Positions 1 to 10,381 are shown, counted from the first letter of the stretch. The stretch: DNA of 32,000 nt from Alkanindiges sp. WGS2144 (GCF_043950625.1 NZ_CP171007.1), one strand, 5' to 3'. The notes: generated from the sequence alone by a model not told the origin. Program-made: numbers and translations.

Positions 1-575
1 TCCAGAATAGGTAAATACTGTTCTACCAGACAGCTCATCAAGGCATAAAAAATATAACTCGGGCCAAGTGCCACCTGTGCTGGATTACTCTTGCAAATCT
101 CCCTCACCTCCTGCTCACACAAGGTATTGCCCTGACGTATGGAGATAATAAAACGCTCACCTAGAAATATATTGGTGCTGCCAAATTCAATATTTTCAGC
201 GCCTTCAAGTCGATTAACCGTACTGAACACGACAAACAGATTATTATCATAGGTTTCTATTTTGGTACGCTGTAACACCAGTGTCGTATCTTCAATCGCC
301 AGATCATGCAGATCGAAGTCCTGCTGCAGTCGAGACAATACTTCGGGCTTGGGCTTTATCAGGTAAATCCAGATGAAATGCTCTTTATTGTGCTCCAGCT
401 GTGCCTTGGCTTCTTCCAGTTTAACCGTACCTAGCATGGTACCGGTTGCACAGTTAAACAGCAGGCAACAGACTTCTTGAGGTACCTCATCAGCGCCTGG
501 TTCAACTCTGTCTAAAAATGCAGCATCCATGGTGGCTGATGGCTGCTCAGCTTTGCTTGAATGATCGTTTTTCAT
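1..575 (-). CDS. corA: CorA-family Mg2+/Co2+ transporter, N-terminal part (3' end lies left of the window)
   Basis: Hand translation of the minus strand from the ATG at 575-573 gives MKNDHSSKAEQ...FIWIYLIKPKPEVLSRLQQDFDLHDLAIEDTTLVLQRTKIETYDNNLFVVFSTV...IFLGERFIISIRQGNT. This is the typical CorA cytoplasmic-domain pattern (LHxLxxED...QRxKxExY). The frame is open to position 1. The C-terminal GMN motif is outside the window. Confidence 0.7.
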   Translation of the reverse strand, partial: MKNDHSSKAEQPSATMDAAFLDRVEPGADEVPQEVCCLLFNCATGTMLGTVKLEEAKAQLEHNKEHFIWIYLIKPKPEVLSRLQQDFDLHDLAIEDTTLVLQRTKIETYDNNLFVVFSTVNRLEGAENIEFGSTNIFLGERFIISIRQGNTLCEQEVREICKSNPAQVALGPSYIFYALMSCLVEQYLPIL

Positions 576-916
576 AAAAAGTTACGTTTAAGAAAGATTA
601 TATTTATTGATGAGTGTATAAAAGCACGCTGATAATTGCGTATCGATTTAACAGCACTGTTGTTATGGTAATTATCAACCAAAGTACTAATGTTGCAGCT
701 CATAGGTTATGGCAAGCTGGTAGAGCAGCAAATGGTACAGTAGCAGGCATATAATGCAGAATAATGACAGTGCTCTGCTATTTTTTACTATTATATGCCA
801 AATTTTTTTGATCAGTCTTGGGCGATAATAGCCTCCTTTAATGATCGGCTGTTCCCTGGCCTTAACAATTTGGCATCTCACACTTGGCACCTAACAATGA
901 GCAGGCAGGATATTTA

Positions 917-3496
917 ATGGCAAAGAATAATGGTTTTTCCCAGTTATACCGCCGGGTTTCAGGAAAAATGCTAAATGCGTTTGTGATGCCCCATTTACTT
1001 GGGGAACCTTCTGACCAGGATAGTTCCGCATCCAGTCAAGATACTGTCCAGTCGCAATCACAGCCTGTAGCAGCGCATCCGGTTTGTTATGTGCTACAGA
1101 CTTATTCGCGCAGCAATGCGCTGGTGGTTGATGGTGAGACCCGTCGCCTGAACCTGCCGCCGGCGCTGGACGCCATGGACAGCTACCTGCTGCATGAGAA
1201 TGCCTCAGTGATCTTTTTGCAGCAAAACAGTCAGCAAAATTATTTCTATCCCAATAACTACACTTTTCCACCCCGCTTGTTGCGTCTGTTAGAAGCACTG
1301 GATAAAAACCCTGAATTTGATGTTCAGCTAGTGCCGGTAACCGTACTGTGGGGACGCGCTCCAGAAAAAGAGGAATCGTGGTTCAAGCTGCTGGTGACTG
1401 ATTCATGGGCCACGCCCAGCGCCTTAAAACAACTGGTGAACATTGGCGTTCATGGACGCCAGACCTTTTTAGAGTTCCATGAGCCGCGTTCACTACGGCA
1501 AATGCTGGCCGAGGCCACAGCGCAATATCCTAATCTTGCACCAGCCACTTATATTGTCAGTAGCCTGAATGAATATCTGGCCAAGCAGCGCGAAGTGATT
1601 CTGGGGCCGGACTTGTCAGACCGCCGCAATGTCGTAAGCAGTCTGATTCAGTCGCGTGATATTCAGCAGGCCATTAAGCAGGAAACTGTTCGCAGCAATA
1701 TCACCCCTGCCCAGGCTGAGCAAATGGCTGCCCGCTACCTGGATGAGATTGTATCGGACTATTCGCCTTCCAGCGTTCGTGTGTTTGATCATGGTTTATC
1801 ATGGCTATGGACACAGCTATATGATGGCGTAGAGGTGCATCATTTTCAGACAGTGCGTGAGCTGGCTGAAAAATATGAAATTATTTATACACCCTGCCAC
1901 CGTAGTCACATTGATTATCTACTATTGTCCTATGTGATTTACAAGCGCGGGCTAATGATTCCTTATATTGCCGCGGGCGATAACCTGAACTTGCCCTTCC
2001 TGGGGCAGCTATTGCGCGGCGGCGGGGCATTCTTTATTCGTCGCTCCTTTAAGGGTCTACCCCTATATACCGCCGTGCTAAAGGAATACCTGCACAGTAT
2101 TCTGGTGCGCAACACGCCGCTGGAATATTTTATTGAAGGTGGTCGTTCGCGTTCTGGCCGTTTACTGCGCCCCAAAACCGGTATGCTGGCCATGACCATT
2201 CACAGTAAACTGCGCGGCGGCGGTAAGCCAGTGGTGTTTATTCCTACCTATTTTGGCTATGAGCGCCTGATGGAAGGTGGCACCTATGTGGGTGAAATGC
2301 AGGGCAAGCCCAAAGAAGCCGAGTCGATTTTTGGCCTGATCCGGGCAGCCCGCAAGATTGAGCGAATTTTTGGCAAGGTGCACGTAAGCTTTGGCGAACC
2401 GGTATTTCTGGATCAGGTACTGGCACAGCATCAGGTCGATAAGATCCGTTTAAGCAGCAATGAACAGGCATTGCCTCAGCAGGCCTCACAGGCGGTAAAC
2501 ACAGTGGCTCAGGAAATTATGCAGAATATTAACCGGGCAGCCGTCATTAACCCGGTGTCCCTGCTGTCTCTGGTGTTACTGTCTACGCCAAAACATGCGC
2601 TGGATGAAGAAGTTTGTATCAAGCAGCTGGATACTTACCGTCGCCTGGCCACCAGCGTGCCCTATGATGAACGGATTAATGTCACCACCCTGCCCGGCAA
2701 GGAGATTATTGCCTATGGCTTAAAGCTCAAGCTGATCAAGCGGGTGCACCATGTACTGGGCGATATTATTGCCATTGAAGATAATCAGGCCTTATTGCTG
2801 ACTTATTTCCGTAATAATATCCTGCATCTGTTTATTATTCCCTCGCTGATTGCATCATTGATTCAACACAACGGCAAGATTACCCGTGCCGATATCAACA
2901 GCGTGATTCAGACGCTTTATCCATTTTTAAAAGCCGAGCTGTTTTTAAAATGGCAAAATGACATGCTCGCTGAGGTAATTGATCAGGTGATTGAAGCGCT
3001 GGTCAGTGCCGAACTGATTCTGGATGATGGCCGGGAAATGCTGTACAGCCCAGCGCCTAACAGTGAAGCGTATAACCAGTTGGATGTGCTGGCCACACCG
3101 GTTAAGCAAAGTCTGGAGCGTTATTTTATGACACTGGCATTGCTAAAACAGCGCGGCTCAGGACATGCCACTGCCAAACAAATTGAAGACTTAAGCCACC
3201 TGCTGGGGCAGCGCCTGTCGGTGCTGTATGAGTTTAATTCACCTGAGTTTTTTGATAAGGTTCTGTTCCAGAGCTTTATTGGAGCGCTGGTAGAATTGGG
3301 CTATATTCGCCGTGACGAGCAAGACCTGCTGCACTTTGATGAAGCGCTCATTGATATGGCAGACAATGCCCGTCTGGTGCTGGATGAAGATACCATGAAC
3401 CATCTGGAGCATATGACCAGCTTTAGTGATGACGAAGTGATTGCTGCCATTGCTACACTGGACAAGCAAAAATCCCGGCGCAAACGGCACAAATAA
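917..3496 (+). CDS. plsB: glycerol-3-phosphate acyltransferase PlsB
   Basis: An 870-aa ORF (884..3496) carries the acyltransferase HX4D motif (CHRSHIDYLLL), FFIRRSF and EGGRSRSGR blocks. I place the start at the ATG at 917 (MAKNNGFSQLYRR) because an AGGA lies 6 nt upstream. The ATG at 884 is the alternative. Confidence 0.9.
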   Translation: MAKNNGFSQLYRRVSGKMLNAFVMPHLLGEPSDQDSSASSQDTVQSQSQPVAAHPVCYVLQTYSRSNALVVDGETRRLNLPPALDAMDSYLLHENASVIFLQQNSQQNYFYPNNYTFPPRLLRLLEALDKNPEFDVQLVPVTVLWGRAPEKEESWFKLLVTDSWATPSALKQLVNIGVHGRQTFLEFHEPRSLRQMLAEATAQYPNLAPATYIVSSLNEYLAKQREVILGPDLSDRRNVVSSLIQSRDIQQAIKQETVRSNITPAQAEQMAARYLDEIVSDYSPSSVRVFDHGLSWLWTQLYDGVEVHHFQTVRELAEKYEIIYTPCHRSHIDYLLLSYVIYKRGLMIPYIAAGDNLNLPFLGQLLRGGGAFFIRRSFKGLPLYTAVLKEYLHSILVRNTPLEYFIEGGRSRSGRLLRPKTGMLAMTIHSKLRGGGKPVVFIPTYFGYERLMEGGTYVGEMQGKPKEAESIFGLIRAARKIERIFGKVHVSFGEPVFLDQVLAQHQVDKIRLSSNEQALPQQASQAVNTVAQEIMQNINRAAVINPVSLLSLVLLSTPKHALDEEVCIKQLDTYRRLATSVPYDERINVTTLPGKEIIAYGLKLKLIKRVHHVLGDIIAIEDNQALLLTYFRNNILHLFIIPSLIASLIQHNGKITRADINSVIQTLYPFLKAELFLKWQNDMLAEVIDQVIEALVSAELILDDGREMLYSPAPNSEAYNQLDVLATPVKQSLERYFMTLALLKQRGSGHATAKQIEDLSHLLGQRLSVLYEFNSPEFFDKVLFQSFIGALVELGYIRRDEQDLLHFDEALIDMADNARLVLDEDTMNHLEHMTSFSDDEVIAAIATLDKQKSRRKRHK

Positions 3497-3516
3497 AGCC
3501 GTATCAATCGCAACAC

Positions 3517-3548
3517 AAAAAACCGCAGCCAATAGGACTGCGGTTTTT
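3517..3548. terminator. bidirectional intrinsic terminator between convergent plsB and czcD
   Basis: AAAAAACCGCAG-ccaatagga-CTGCGGTTTTT: a GC stem (3523-3528 / 3538-3543) flanked by an A run on one side and a T run on the other. Confidence 0.75.
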
Positions 3549-3550
3549 GT

Positions 3551-4492
3551 TTAGTGATGGTGGTGCCCATGTCCCTGCTGGGCACTGTGTAAAAACTGAT
3601 GGGTATCCTCATGCGCCATCTCGCAGGCTTCACGCTCACACTGCAACGTCACATGATGCAAATTGTGCTGCTCAGCCAGCAAATGCTGGGCATTATGCAA
3701 CACTTGCTGGGTATCCGCAGTGGGCACCACCAAATGCGCGGTTAAACTGAACTTGCCACTGGTCAGCGCCCAGACATGCAGGTCGTGCACGCTGGTCACG
3801 CCCTCAAGTTGCGCCAGATCCTGACCAATTTTTTCCATATTCACACTGGCTGGTACGCCCTCAAGTAAAATATTCAGGCTGTCACGCAGCAACATCCAGG
3901 TACGTGGTAAAATCCAGAGGCCTATAGCAATGGCAATCAGCGAATCCACCCACTGCCAACCAGTAAACATAATAATCAGTGCACCAATAATCACGCCCAC
4001 TGACCCAACGGCATCACTGAGCACTTCCAGATAAGCCCCTTTGACGTTGAGGCTTTCTTTTTGCCCACCCACCAGCAAGTACATGGCCACCAGATTAATT
4101 ACCAGACCAATACCTGCCACAATCAACATGCCGCCCGACTGAATTTCTGGTGGATGCTGGATACGTTGCCAGGCTTCATAGGCAATATAAAACGCCACCA
4201 CAAATAATAAAGTGGCATTAAAAGCCGCCGCCAGAATCTCAAAGCGGTGATAGCCAAAAGTGCGTTTCTGATCGGCTGGCCGTTTGGCAATCTGGATAGC
4301 CACCAGCGCAATGGCAAGGGCAGCGGTATCGGTAAACATATGCGCCGCATCCGACAGCAGCGCCAGACTCTGGGTTAAAATCCCACCGATAATCTCAACA
4401 ATCAAAAAACTACCGGTTAAGCCCAGTGCCCACCACAGGCGCTTGCTGTGATCCTGCGTAGGTACGGCATGATGGTGATGATGCTCACTCAT
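3551..4492 (-). CDS. czcD: cation diffusion facilitator (CDF) Zn/Co/Cd efflux protein CzcD
   Basis: CDF signature with six predicted TM segments (e.g. LLSDAAHMFTDTAALAIAL and AYLEVLSDAVGSVGVI). His-rich termini: MSEHHHHH at the N-terminus and HGHHHH at the C-terminus. The chosen ATG at 4492 overlaps the czcA stop by 8 nt (ATGAGTGA). The longer ORF start at 4579 would lie inside czcA. Confidence 0.85.
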   Translation of the reverse strand: MSEHHHHHAVPTQDHSKRLWWALGLTGSFLIVEIIGGILTQSLALLSDAAHMFTDTAALAIALVAIQIAKRPADQKRTFGYHRFEILAAAFNATLLFVVAFYIAYEAWQRIQHPPEIQSGGMLIVAGIGLVINLVAMYLLVGGQKESLNVKGAYLEVLSDAVGSVGVIIGALIIMFTGWQWVDSLIAIAIGLWILPRTWMLLRDSLNILLEGVPASVNMEKIGQDLAQLEGVTSVHDLHVWALTSGKFSLTAHLVVPTADTQQVLHNAQHLLAEQHNLHHVTLQCEREACEMAHEDTHQFLHSAQQGHGHHHH

Positions 4493-7400
4493 GGTTTTTC
4501 CCTTGTAATAAGGCCTCAAATGGGGTTTGGGTATGGCTCTGTTTGCTATTGAGCCAGCGATAAAGTACCGGCAATACAATTAAGGTCAGCAAAGTTGAAG
4601 AAATAATACCGCCTATGACCACAGTGGCTAACGGCCGTTGCACTTCTGCCCCTGTGCCTGTAGCCAGTGCCATTGGAATAAAGCCTAAAGATGCCACACA
4701 GGCCGTCATCAATACCGGGCGCAAACGCAAAATTGCCCCTTGCCAGGTGGCCTGAACAATATCCAGTTTCTGGCGTAACTCGCGGATAAAACTCAGCATG
4801 ACCAAACCATTTAAAACCGCTACCCCGGATAAGGCAATAAAACCCACTCCTGCCGACATGGAAAACGGAATATCCCGCAGCCATAGCGCCATAACTCCAC
4901 CTGTCAGCGCAAACGGTACGCCGCTAAATACCAGCACACTATCACGCAGGTTGTTAAATACAGCAATCAGCAGGGCAAATACCAGTAATAATGATAAAGG
5001 CACGACCCACAACATGCGCTGTCTAGCATCTTGCAGGTTTTCAAACTGCCCACCATAGCCCAGCCAGTAGCCAGCCGGCAGCTCAATATCCTGCATGGCG
5101 GTTTGCAGCTCCGATACAAACGATCCCAGATCACGCGCTTGCACATTGGTAGTAACCACCACCCGGCGTTTGCCATTTTCGCGGCTCACCTGGTTAATGC
5201 CCAACACGCTTTGCACGCTGGCAAGCTGTGAAAGCGCCACCACCCCACCATTGGGCAAACGAATTGGCAACTGCGCCAGTTGCTCAGGACTTTGCGCCTG
5301 CTGGTTTTGTCGGATAACCAGATCAAAACGGCGATCTCCCTGCAATATCTGCCCCACCTGATCACCACCAATGGCGGTAGCCACCGTATCCTGAATGACC
5401 TGCCTGCTTAGGCCATACATTGCTGCCGCCTGCGGGTTAATCTGTACCGTTAAAACTGGCAGTCCGCTAGTTTGCTCAATTTGTACTTCAGAGGCACCGG
5501 CAATTTGCTGCACACGTCTGGCAATGGTCTGTGCGGTTTGGCTCAGCACTTGCAGGTCATCACCATAAACCTTGATTCCTACATCACTACGAATGCCAGA
5601 AATCAGCTCATTAAAACGCAGCTCAATTGGCTGGGAGAACTCCCCATTGGCACCTAGCTGGTGCTCAACCACCTCCTGCATGCGGACTTTGACATCCTCC
5701 AGGGTTTCTTGCTGATCCGGCCACTTGCTCTTGGGCTTTAGTAAAATATAACCATCAGAAATATTGGGCGGCATGGGGTCAGCGGCTACTTCTGCGGTGC
5801 CCGTGCGGGCAAAAATTTTGTCAACTTCCGGAAACTGTTGGAGCAGGGATTGTTCCAGTTGCTGTTGCAGCATCACCGACTGATCCAGATCAGTGCCCGG
5901 CGCACGCAGCATTTGCAGGGCAAAGTCCCCTTCGCTTAAGGTGGGCGCAAACTCACTGCCTACCCGGGTAGCCAGCAGGCCGGTTAACAGCACCACCAGC
6001 ACGGCGATAGTCACGGTAAAATAACGCCAGGCATATGCTGCATTAAGCACCTTTAAATATAGCGTTTTGGCAACCTGCATCAAGCGGTTTTCTTTTTCCT
6101 GTACCCTGCCATTAATAAACAGAGCCACTGCTGCCGGTACAAAGGTAACCGATAAAATCATGGCGCCGATTAAGGCAATCACCACGGTAGCCGCCATCGG
6201 ATGAAATAGCTTGGCTTCGACACCACTTAAGGCAAATACCGGCAGATACACCACCAGAATAATCAACTGCCCAAAAATTAGCGGGCGCCGTGCCTGCCTT
6301 GCTGCCAAAAAAACCTGTTGAAAGCGTTCCTGGCGCGTCAGTACGCGCCCCAGCCGGTGCTGTTCAAGTGCCAGACGGCGAATGCAGTTTTCTACGATTA
6401 CTACCGCCCCATCGACAATAATGCCAAAGTCCAGTGCACCCAGACTCATTAAATTGGCGCTAATGCCCTGCTGTACCATGCCAGTTAAGGTAAACAGCAT
6501 GGATAGCGGAATCACACAGGCGGTAATCAGGGCAGCACGGATATTGCCTAAAAACAGAAATAAAATGGCAATCACCAGCAAAGCGCCTTCAAGCAGGTTT
6601 TTTTGCACCGTGTGAATAGCCTTGTCCACCAGCGTAGTCCGATCATAAACGGTTTCCAGAATCACGCCCTTGGGCAGGCTCTGTCTTACCTGCTGGATTT
6701 TTTTGTCTACGGCCTGTGCCACTACCCGGCTATTGGCACCGCTAAGCATCATGGCTGTACCCAGCACCGTTTCCTGACCATTTAAAGTCGCTGCACCGCT
6801 ACGGATATCATGACCAATTACCACACTGGCCACATCAGCCACTGTAATCACGGCACCGTCGCTGGTTGCAATCACCACACTGGCAATATCAGCCACATGC
6901 ACCAGTTGCCCAGGCACGCGCACACTCAGCTGCTCACCCTGCTGGCTCATAATACCGGCACCACGGTTTTCATTGTTGGCCTGCAAAGCCTGTTTTAAAT
7001 CCTCCAGACTTAAGCCATATCGATGCAGTGCATTAAAATCAGGTTCCACCACATATTGTTTCTCATAGCCGCCAATACTGTTAACCTCAGCCACGCCCTC
7101 AACCTGCTGCACCTGTGGCCGAACCACCCAGTTCTGTATTTCACGCAGATCCATGAGGCTATAGGTCGAGTCATCGGGTTTACGGGCATCCGGTGCTACT
7201 TTTAATACCCACTGGTAAATCTCGCCCAGTCCGGTAGAAACAGGCGCCATGCTGGGTTCAATCTGGGCAGGAAGCTGTCCCCTTACCTCCTGCAAGCGCT
7301 GGTTAATCAGCTGACGTGCCCAGTAAATATCCGTGCCTTCCTCAAAAATTACCGTAATCTGGGACAAGCCATAACGTGACAGGGAGCGGGTTTGCTCCAG

Positions 7401-7724
7401 ATTTGCCAGGCCTGCCATCGCATTTTCAATCGGATAGGTAATACGCTGCTCAACCTCAGGCGCAGTAAAGCCGCTGGCCTGGGTATTAATTTGTACCTGC
7501 ACGTTGGTAATATCCGGTACGGCATCAATGGGCAGCTTCTGGTAGCTATACACTCCCAAAGCAATAAGCCCTACCACCGCCAGCATTACCCAGCCCCGCA
7601 GGGCAATGGCGGCCAGAATCAGGCGGTCAAACCAGCCTTTGGGTGCCAAATCAGTGAATGATTCAGATAGCGAATCATTTAGTGACTCAGTTGCTGACAA
7701 GGGCTCTGGCAACTCAGTGTTCAT
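4485..7724 (-). CDS. czcA: RND heavy-metal efflux pump inner-membrane subunit CzcA (HME-RND)
   Basis: A 1079-aa ORF with the RND architecture of 12 TM segments and two large periplasmic loops. Conserved HME-type blocks are present (GALDFGIIVDGAVVIVEN, VVTTNVQARDLGSFV). A GGGGAGG Shine-Dalgarno sequence precedes the ATG at 7724. Confidence 0.9.
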   Translation of the reverse strand: MNTELPEPLSATESLNDSLSESFTDLAPKGWFDRLILAAIALRGWVMLAVVGLIALGVYSYQKLPIDAVPDITNVQVQINTQASGFTAPEVEQRITYPIENAMAGLANLEQTRSLSRYGLSQITVIFEEGTDIYWARQLINQRLQEVRGQLPAQIEPSMAPVSTGLGEIYQWVLKVAPDARKPDDSTYSLMDLREIQNWVVRPQVQQVEGVAEVNSIGGYEKQYVVEPDFNALHRYGLSLEDLKQALQANNENRGAGIMSQQGEQLSVRVPGQLVHVADIASVVIATSDGAVITVADVASVVIGHDIRSGAATLNGQETVLGTAMMLSGANSRVVAQAVDKKIQQVRQSLPKGVILETVYDRTTLVDKAIHTVQKNLLEGALLVIAILFLFLGNIRAALITACVIPLSMLFTLTGMVQQGISANLMSLGALDFGIIVDGAVVIVENCIRRLALEQHRLGRVLTRQERFQQVFLAARQARRPLIFGQLIILVVYLPVFALSGVEAKLFHPMAATVVIALIGAMILSVTFVPAAVALFINGRVQEKENRLMQVAKTLYLKVLNAAYAWRYFTVTIAVLVVLLTGLLATRVGSEFAPTLSEGDFALQMLRAPGTDLDQSVMLQQQLEQSLLQQFPEVDKIFARTGTAEVAADPMPPNISDGYILLKPKSKWPDQQETLEDVKVRMQEVVEHQLGANGEFSQPIELRFNELISGIRSDVGIKVYGDDLQVLSQTAQTIARRVQQIAGASEVQIEQTSGLPVLTVQINPQAAAMYGLSRQVIQDTVATAIGGDQVGQILQGDRRFDLVIRQNQQAQSPEQLAQLPIRLPNGGVVALSQLASVQSVLGINQVSRENGKRRVVVTTNVQARDLGSFVSELQTAMQDIELPAGYWLGYGGQFENLQDARQRMLWVVPLSLLLVFALLIAVFNNLRDSVLVFSGVPFALTGGVMALWLRDIPFSMSAGVGFIALSGVAVLNGLVMLSFIRELRQKLDIVQATWQGAILRLRPVLMTACVASLGFIPMALATGTGAEVQRPLATVVIGGIISSTLLTLIVLPVLYRWLNSKQSHTQTPFEALLQGKNHE

Positions 7725-8964
7725 GGGCTGCCTCCCCTTTTTCCAGTTCAGACTTCAGGATAAAACTGTTACGGGTAGCATACTGCTCACCGGACTTTAA
7801 ACCCGAACGTACTTCTATCCATTGCCCATCACTGCTTTTATTACCCAGTTGTACCGGACGTGGTGCAAACACAACGCCATCACTTGCTGGACTGGCCACA
7901 AATACCACATTGGCCTGCTCTACCTGCTGCACCGCCTGACTTGAAATAACCAGACTGGACTGGGCTGCACTGGCGGTTTTTACCATGACCAGCGCTGGCA
8001 TGTTGGGGCGCAAACGAAGCTGCGGATTATTTACCCGGGCACGCGCCACCAGTCGACCCGTTTGCAGGTCAGCACGGGGCGTTAAACTCAGCAGTTTGGC
8101 ACTATGGTTCTGCTCACTGTTCGGTAAACGCATGTTTAGGCGTTCATTGATAACCAGACGGCTGACCAGCTCATCGGGTACAATAAATTCCAGCCACAGG
8201 CTATTTAACTGGTCAATGACCAGTAGCTGATCACTGGCCTGCACCATTTCTCCAGCCACCACGTCCTTACTGCTAATCACGCCGCCAATCGGGGCATTTA
8301 GTACAAAACGACCGTTGCTGTTGCGACTTGCCCCATAAGCTTTTAAACGTGTTTGGGCAGCAGTGACCGCAATCTGCGCCTGCCGGTAATCATTTTGCGC
8401 CTGTAAATAATCCTGCTGTGCTGAAATATCCTGCTGCCAGAGCTGTTTTTCACGCTGATAGTTGCTTTGAGCCAGTGCCAGCTGTGCCTTTAAGGTTTGC
8501 AGGTTGCTTTGCAAATCCACCAGTTCAGGCACCCATAAACTGACCAACGCCTGTCCCTGCCTGACCGGCTGACCAGCCTGAACGTGCACTTGCTCGACTC
8601 GCCCGGCAAAGCCTGCCGAGATATGTGCCTGCTGATCGGTATCAAGCACCAGGCGCGCTGGCAGGGAAACAGTGGTCTCAATACTGCCGGTTTTAACAGT
8701 CGCCAGCTCAATATGCTGCGCCTGCAACTGTGTCTTGCTGACCTCAATATGCTGTGCTTCATGGTCGTGATTTTCTGTGCCATGATGTGCATCAGGAGCG
8801 CTTTGTTGACGATGGGCCTCTTCATTTTCATCATGCTGATGTCCAGCATGTGACTCTGCCTGCTGGGCAGGCTTGAGCAACAACCAGCCAAGTACAATTG
8901 CCACCGCCATAGCAAGTACAATGCCTATCATCTGGTATTTAGTCATCTGAGATGATGTTTTCAT
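7714..8964 (-). CDS. czcB: RND efflux membrane-fusion (periplasmic adaptor) protein CzcB
   Basis: 416 aa with an N-terminal TM anchor, a His/Asp/Glu-rich stretch (HAGHQHDENEEAHRQQSAPDAHHGTENHDHEAQH), then the lipoyl, coiled-coil and beta-barrel pattern of HlyD/MFP proteins. It overlaps czcA by 11 nt and czcC by 4 nt (ATGA). Confidence 0.85.
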   Translation of the reverse strand: MKTSSQMTKYQMIGIVLAMAVAIVLGWLLLKPAQQAESHAGHQHDENEEAHRQQSAPDAHHGTENHDHEAQHIEVSKTQLQAQHIELATVKTGSIETTVSLPARLVLDTDQQAHISAGFAGRVEQVHVQAGQPVRQGQALVSLWVPELVDLQSNLQTLKAQLALAQSNYQREKQLWQQDISAQQDYLQAQNDYRQAQIAVTAAQTRLKAYGASRNSNGRFVLNAPIGGVISSKDVVAGEMVQASDQLLVIDQLNSLWLEFIVPDELVSRLVINERLNMRLPNSEQNHSAKLLSLTPRADLQTGRLVARARVNNPQLRLRPNMPALVMVKTASAAQSSLVISSQAVQQVEQANVVFVASPASDGVVFAPRPVQLGNKSSDGQWIEVRSGLKSGEQYATRNSFILKSELEKGEAAHEH

Positions 8965-10292
8965 GGTTGCTCTCCAGCGGGGACGTTAACAGAAATGGCA
9001 ATGGGCTGATCCGGCAAAGCCTGTGGCATGTCCGCAATAGGCAGGCCCAGCGCCAGTGCCTGCAACTCAAGACTTAACTGCCAGCCTTGCTGAAGCAGAT
9101 TTAATTGTCTGCTTTGCAACTGCTGATAATCACGGCTGGCTTGTTGCACATCCAGTACCGAAAACTTACCAGCCTCAAAACCTGTCTGGGTTTTTTGCTG
9201 AACCTGCTGTGCCAGAGGCAATTGCTGCTGAGTTAACTGCTGGTATTGCTGTGCCAGCAACTGCAAAGTCAGTTGCTTTTGCTGGATCTGTTGCTGGATT
9301 TGCTGCTGGTAGAGATGTGCCTGCCCCTGACTTAATGCCAGCATGGCTTGCTGTTCCCGCACTGTACCCTGATTTTGATTAAACAATGGCAAAGGCACTG
9401 ATACCCCCAGCGCAATCCGCTGGCTCTGCGCATCGGTCGTATTGGATTCCCGGGTGCGTACATAGCCCAGGCTTAAGGTGGGTTGCGGTCTGGCCTGAAT
9501 CCTGGCCAGATGCAGTGCCACTTCTGCCTGTTTTTGCTGCTGATGTAAGTACTGAAGGCCAAGGTTTGGCGCATTAATTGTGATAGATTGTGATACGGGA
9601 AACTGCAAGGGTTGTCCTGTCTTGAACAGGTTGACCGTAGAATCGCCCCACCATTGCCCCAGCTGTAAGCGTGCAATATGCAGCTGATTTTGGACAGCTT
9701 GCCACTGTTGCTGCTGCTGTTGTTGTTCAAGCTGTACTTTATGATATTCCAGTGCCGCAATGCGCCCCGCTTCCAGACGTTTTTTGGCTACTTTCAGGCT
9801 CTGCTGGCCAAGTATCTGCTGCTGCTCGGCCAGTTGTAATGCCCATTCGGCCTGTGCCAGTTGCCAGTAAGCCTGACTGACTGTCAGCTTGAGCTGCGCC
9901 TGACTCATATCCTGATTGAGTTGTTCCTGTTCCACCCCAAGCAGGGACAATTGCTGGCGTACCTTGCGCTCGCCAAACACATCCAGCTGCTGGGCAACCG
10001 CAACGGAAAACTCACGCTCCTGAGTGCGCTCAAGCCCGGTTTGCTCAACCGTTAACTGGGGATTAGCCTGTAGTCCAGCTTGCTGTGCCTGACCTTGTAC
10101 TAGCTGGCTGCGCTGCTGCCATACCTGCTGTCGGGGTTGATACTGTAAAGCCAGTGTTTGCGCCTGAACCAGACTAATAACCTGCCCGTTCTCATCCGGG
10201 ACACTGGCAGATGGCGCGGCAATTGCACTGAGCACTGGCCAACTAGAGAAAATTAAAATATACGCAATACGCAATTGTGCTAAAAGAACCAT
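8961..10292 (-). CDS. czcC: outer-membrane factor of the heavy-metal RND system, CzcC-like (TolC family)
   Basis: 443 aa with a signal peptide (ILIFSSWPVLSAIAAP) and two long coiled-coil-like repeats typical of OMF proteins. It sits immediately upstream of czcB and is coupled to it. The protein is extremely Gln-rich (see findings). Confidence 0.75.
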   Translation of the reverse strand: MVLLAQLRIAYILIFSSWPVLSAIAAPSASVPDENGQVISLVQAQTLALQYQPRQQVWQQRSQLVQGQAQQAGLQANPQLTVEQTGLERTQEREFSVAVAQQLDVFGERKVRQQLSLLGVEQEQLNQDMSQAQLKLTVSQAYWQLAQAEWALQLAEQQQILGQQSLKVAKKRLEAGRIAALEYHKVQLEQQQQQQQWQAVQNQLHIARLQLGQWWGDSTVNLFKTGQPLQFPVSQSITINAPNLGLQYLHQQQKQAEVALHLARIQARPQPTLSLGYVRTRESNTTDAQSQRIALGVSVPLPLFNQNQGTVREQQAMLALSQGQAHLYQQQIQQQIQQKQLTLQLLAQQYQQLTQQQLPLAQQVQQKTQTGFEAGKFSVLDVQQASRDYQQLQSRQLNLLQQGWQLSLELQALALGLPIADMPQALPDQPIAISVNVPAGEQP

Positions 10293-10381
10293 GAATTTTG
10301 CCTAAACCTATAAAAACCGGTGGGCACATATCAAGGCGCTTGCACATGACACTCAATAAGAAAGACTACCCCACCTTATAG

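Noticed and set aside
687-890. 67-aa minus-strand ORF in the corA-plsB divergent intergenic region
   Set aside because: It has no Shine-Dalgarno sequence. Its composition is odd, hydrophobic and low-complexity (CIICLLLYHLLLYQL). It lies in the AT-rich promoter region and overlaps the plsB 5' end, so it is most likely spurious.
869-890. TTGGCAtctcacacTTGGCAc, superficially like a sigma54 -24/-12 promoter upstream of plsB
   Set aside because: The spacing is wrong. With GG at 872-873, the -12 GC should fall at 884-885, where the sequence is TT. It is a short direct repeat, not a TGGCAC-N5-TTGC element.
4546-10055. Many 60-143-aa ORFs on both strands inside czcA, czcB and czcC (e.g. 8490..8921, 9056..9382, 7392..7661)
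   Set aside because: All are nested in or antisense to long ORFs with strong family signatures. They lack Shine-Dalgarno sequences and have biased, Arg/Ser/Cys-rich shadow-frame composition.
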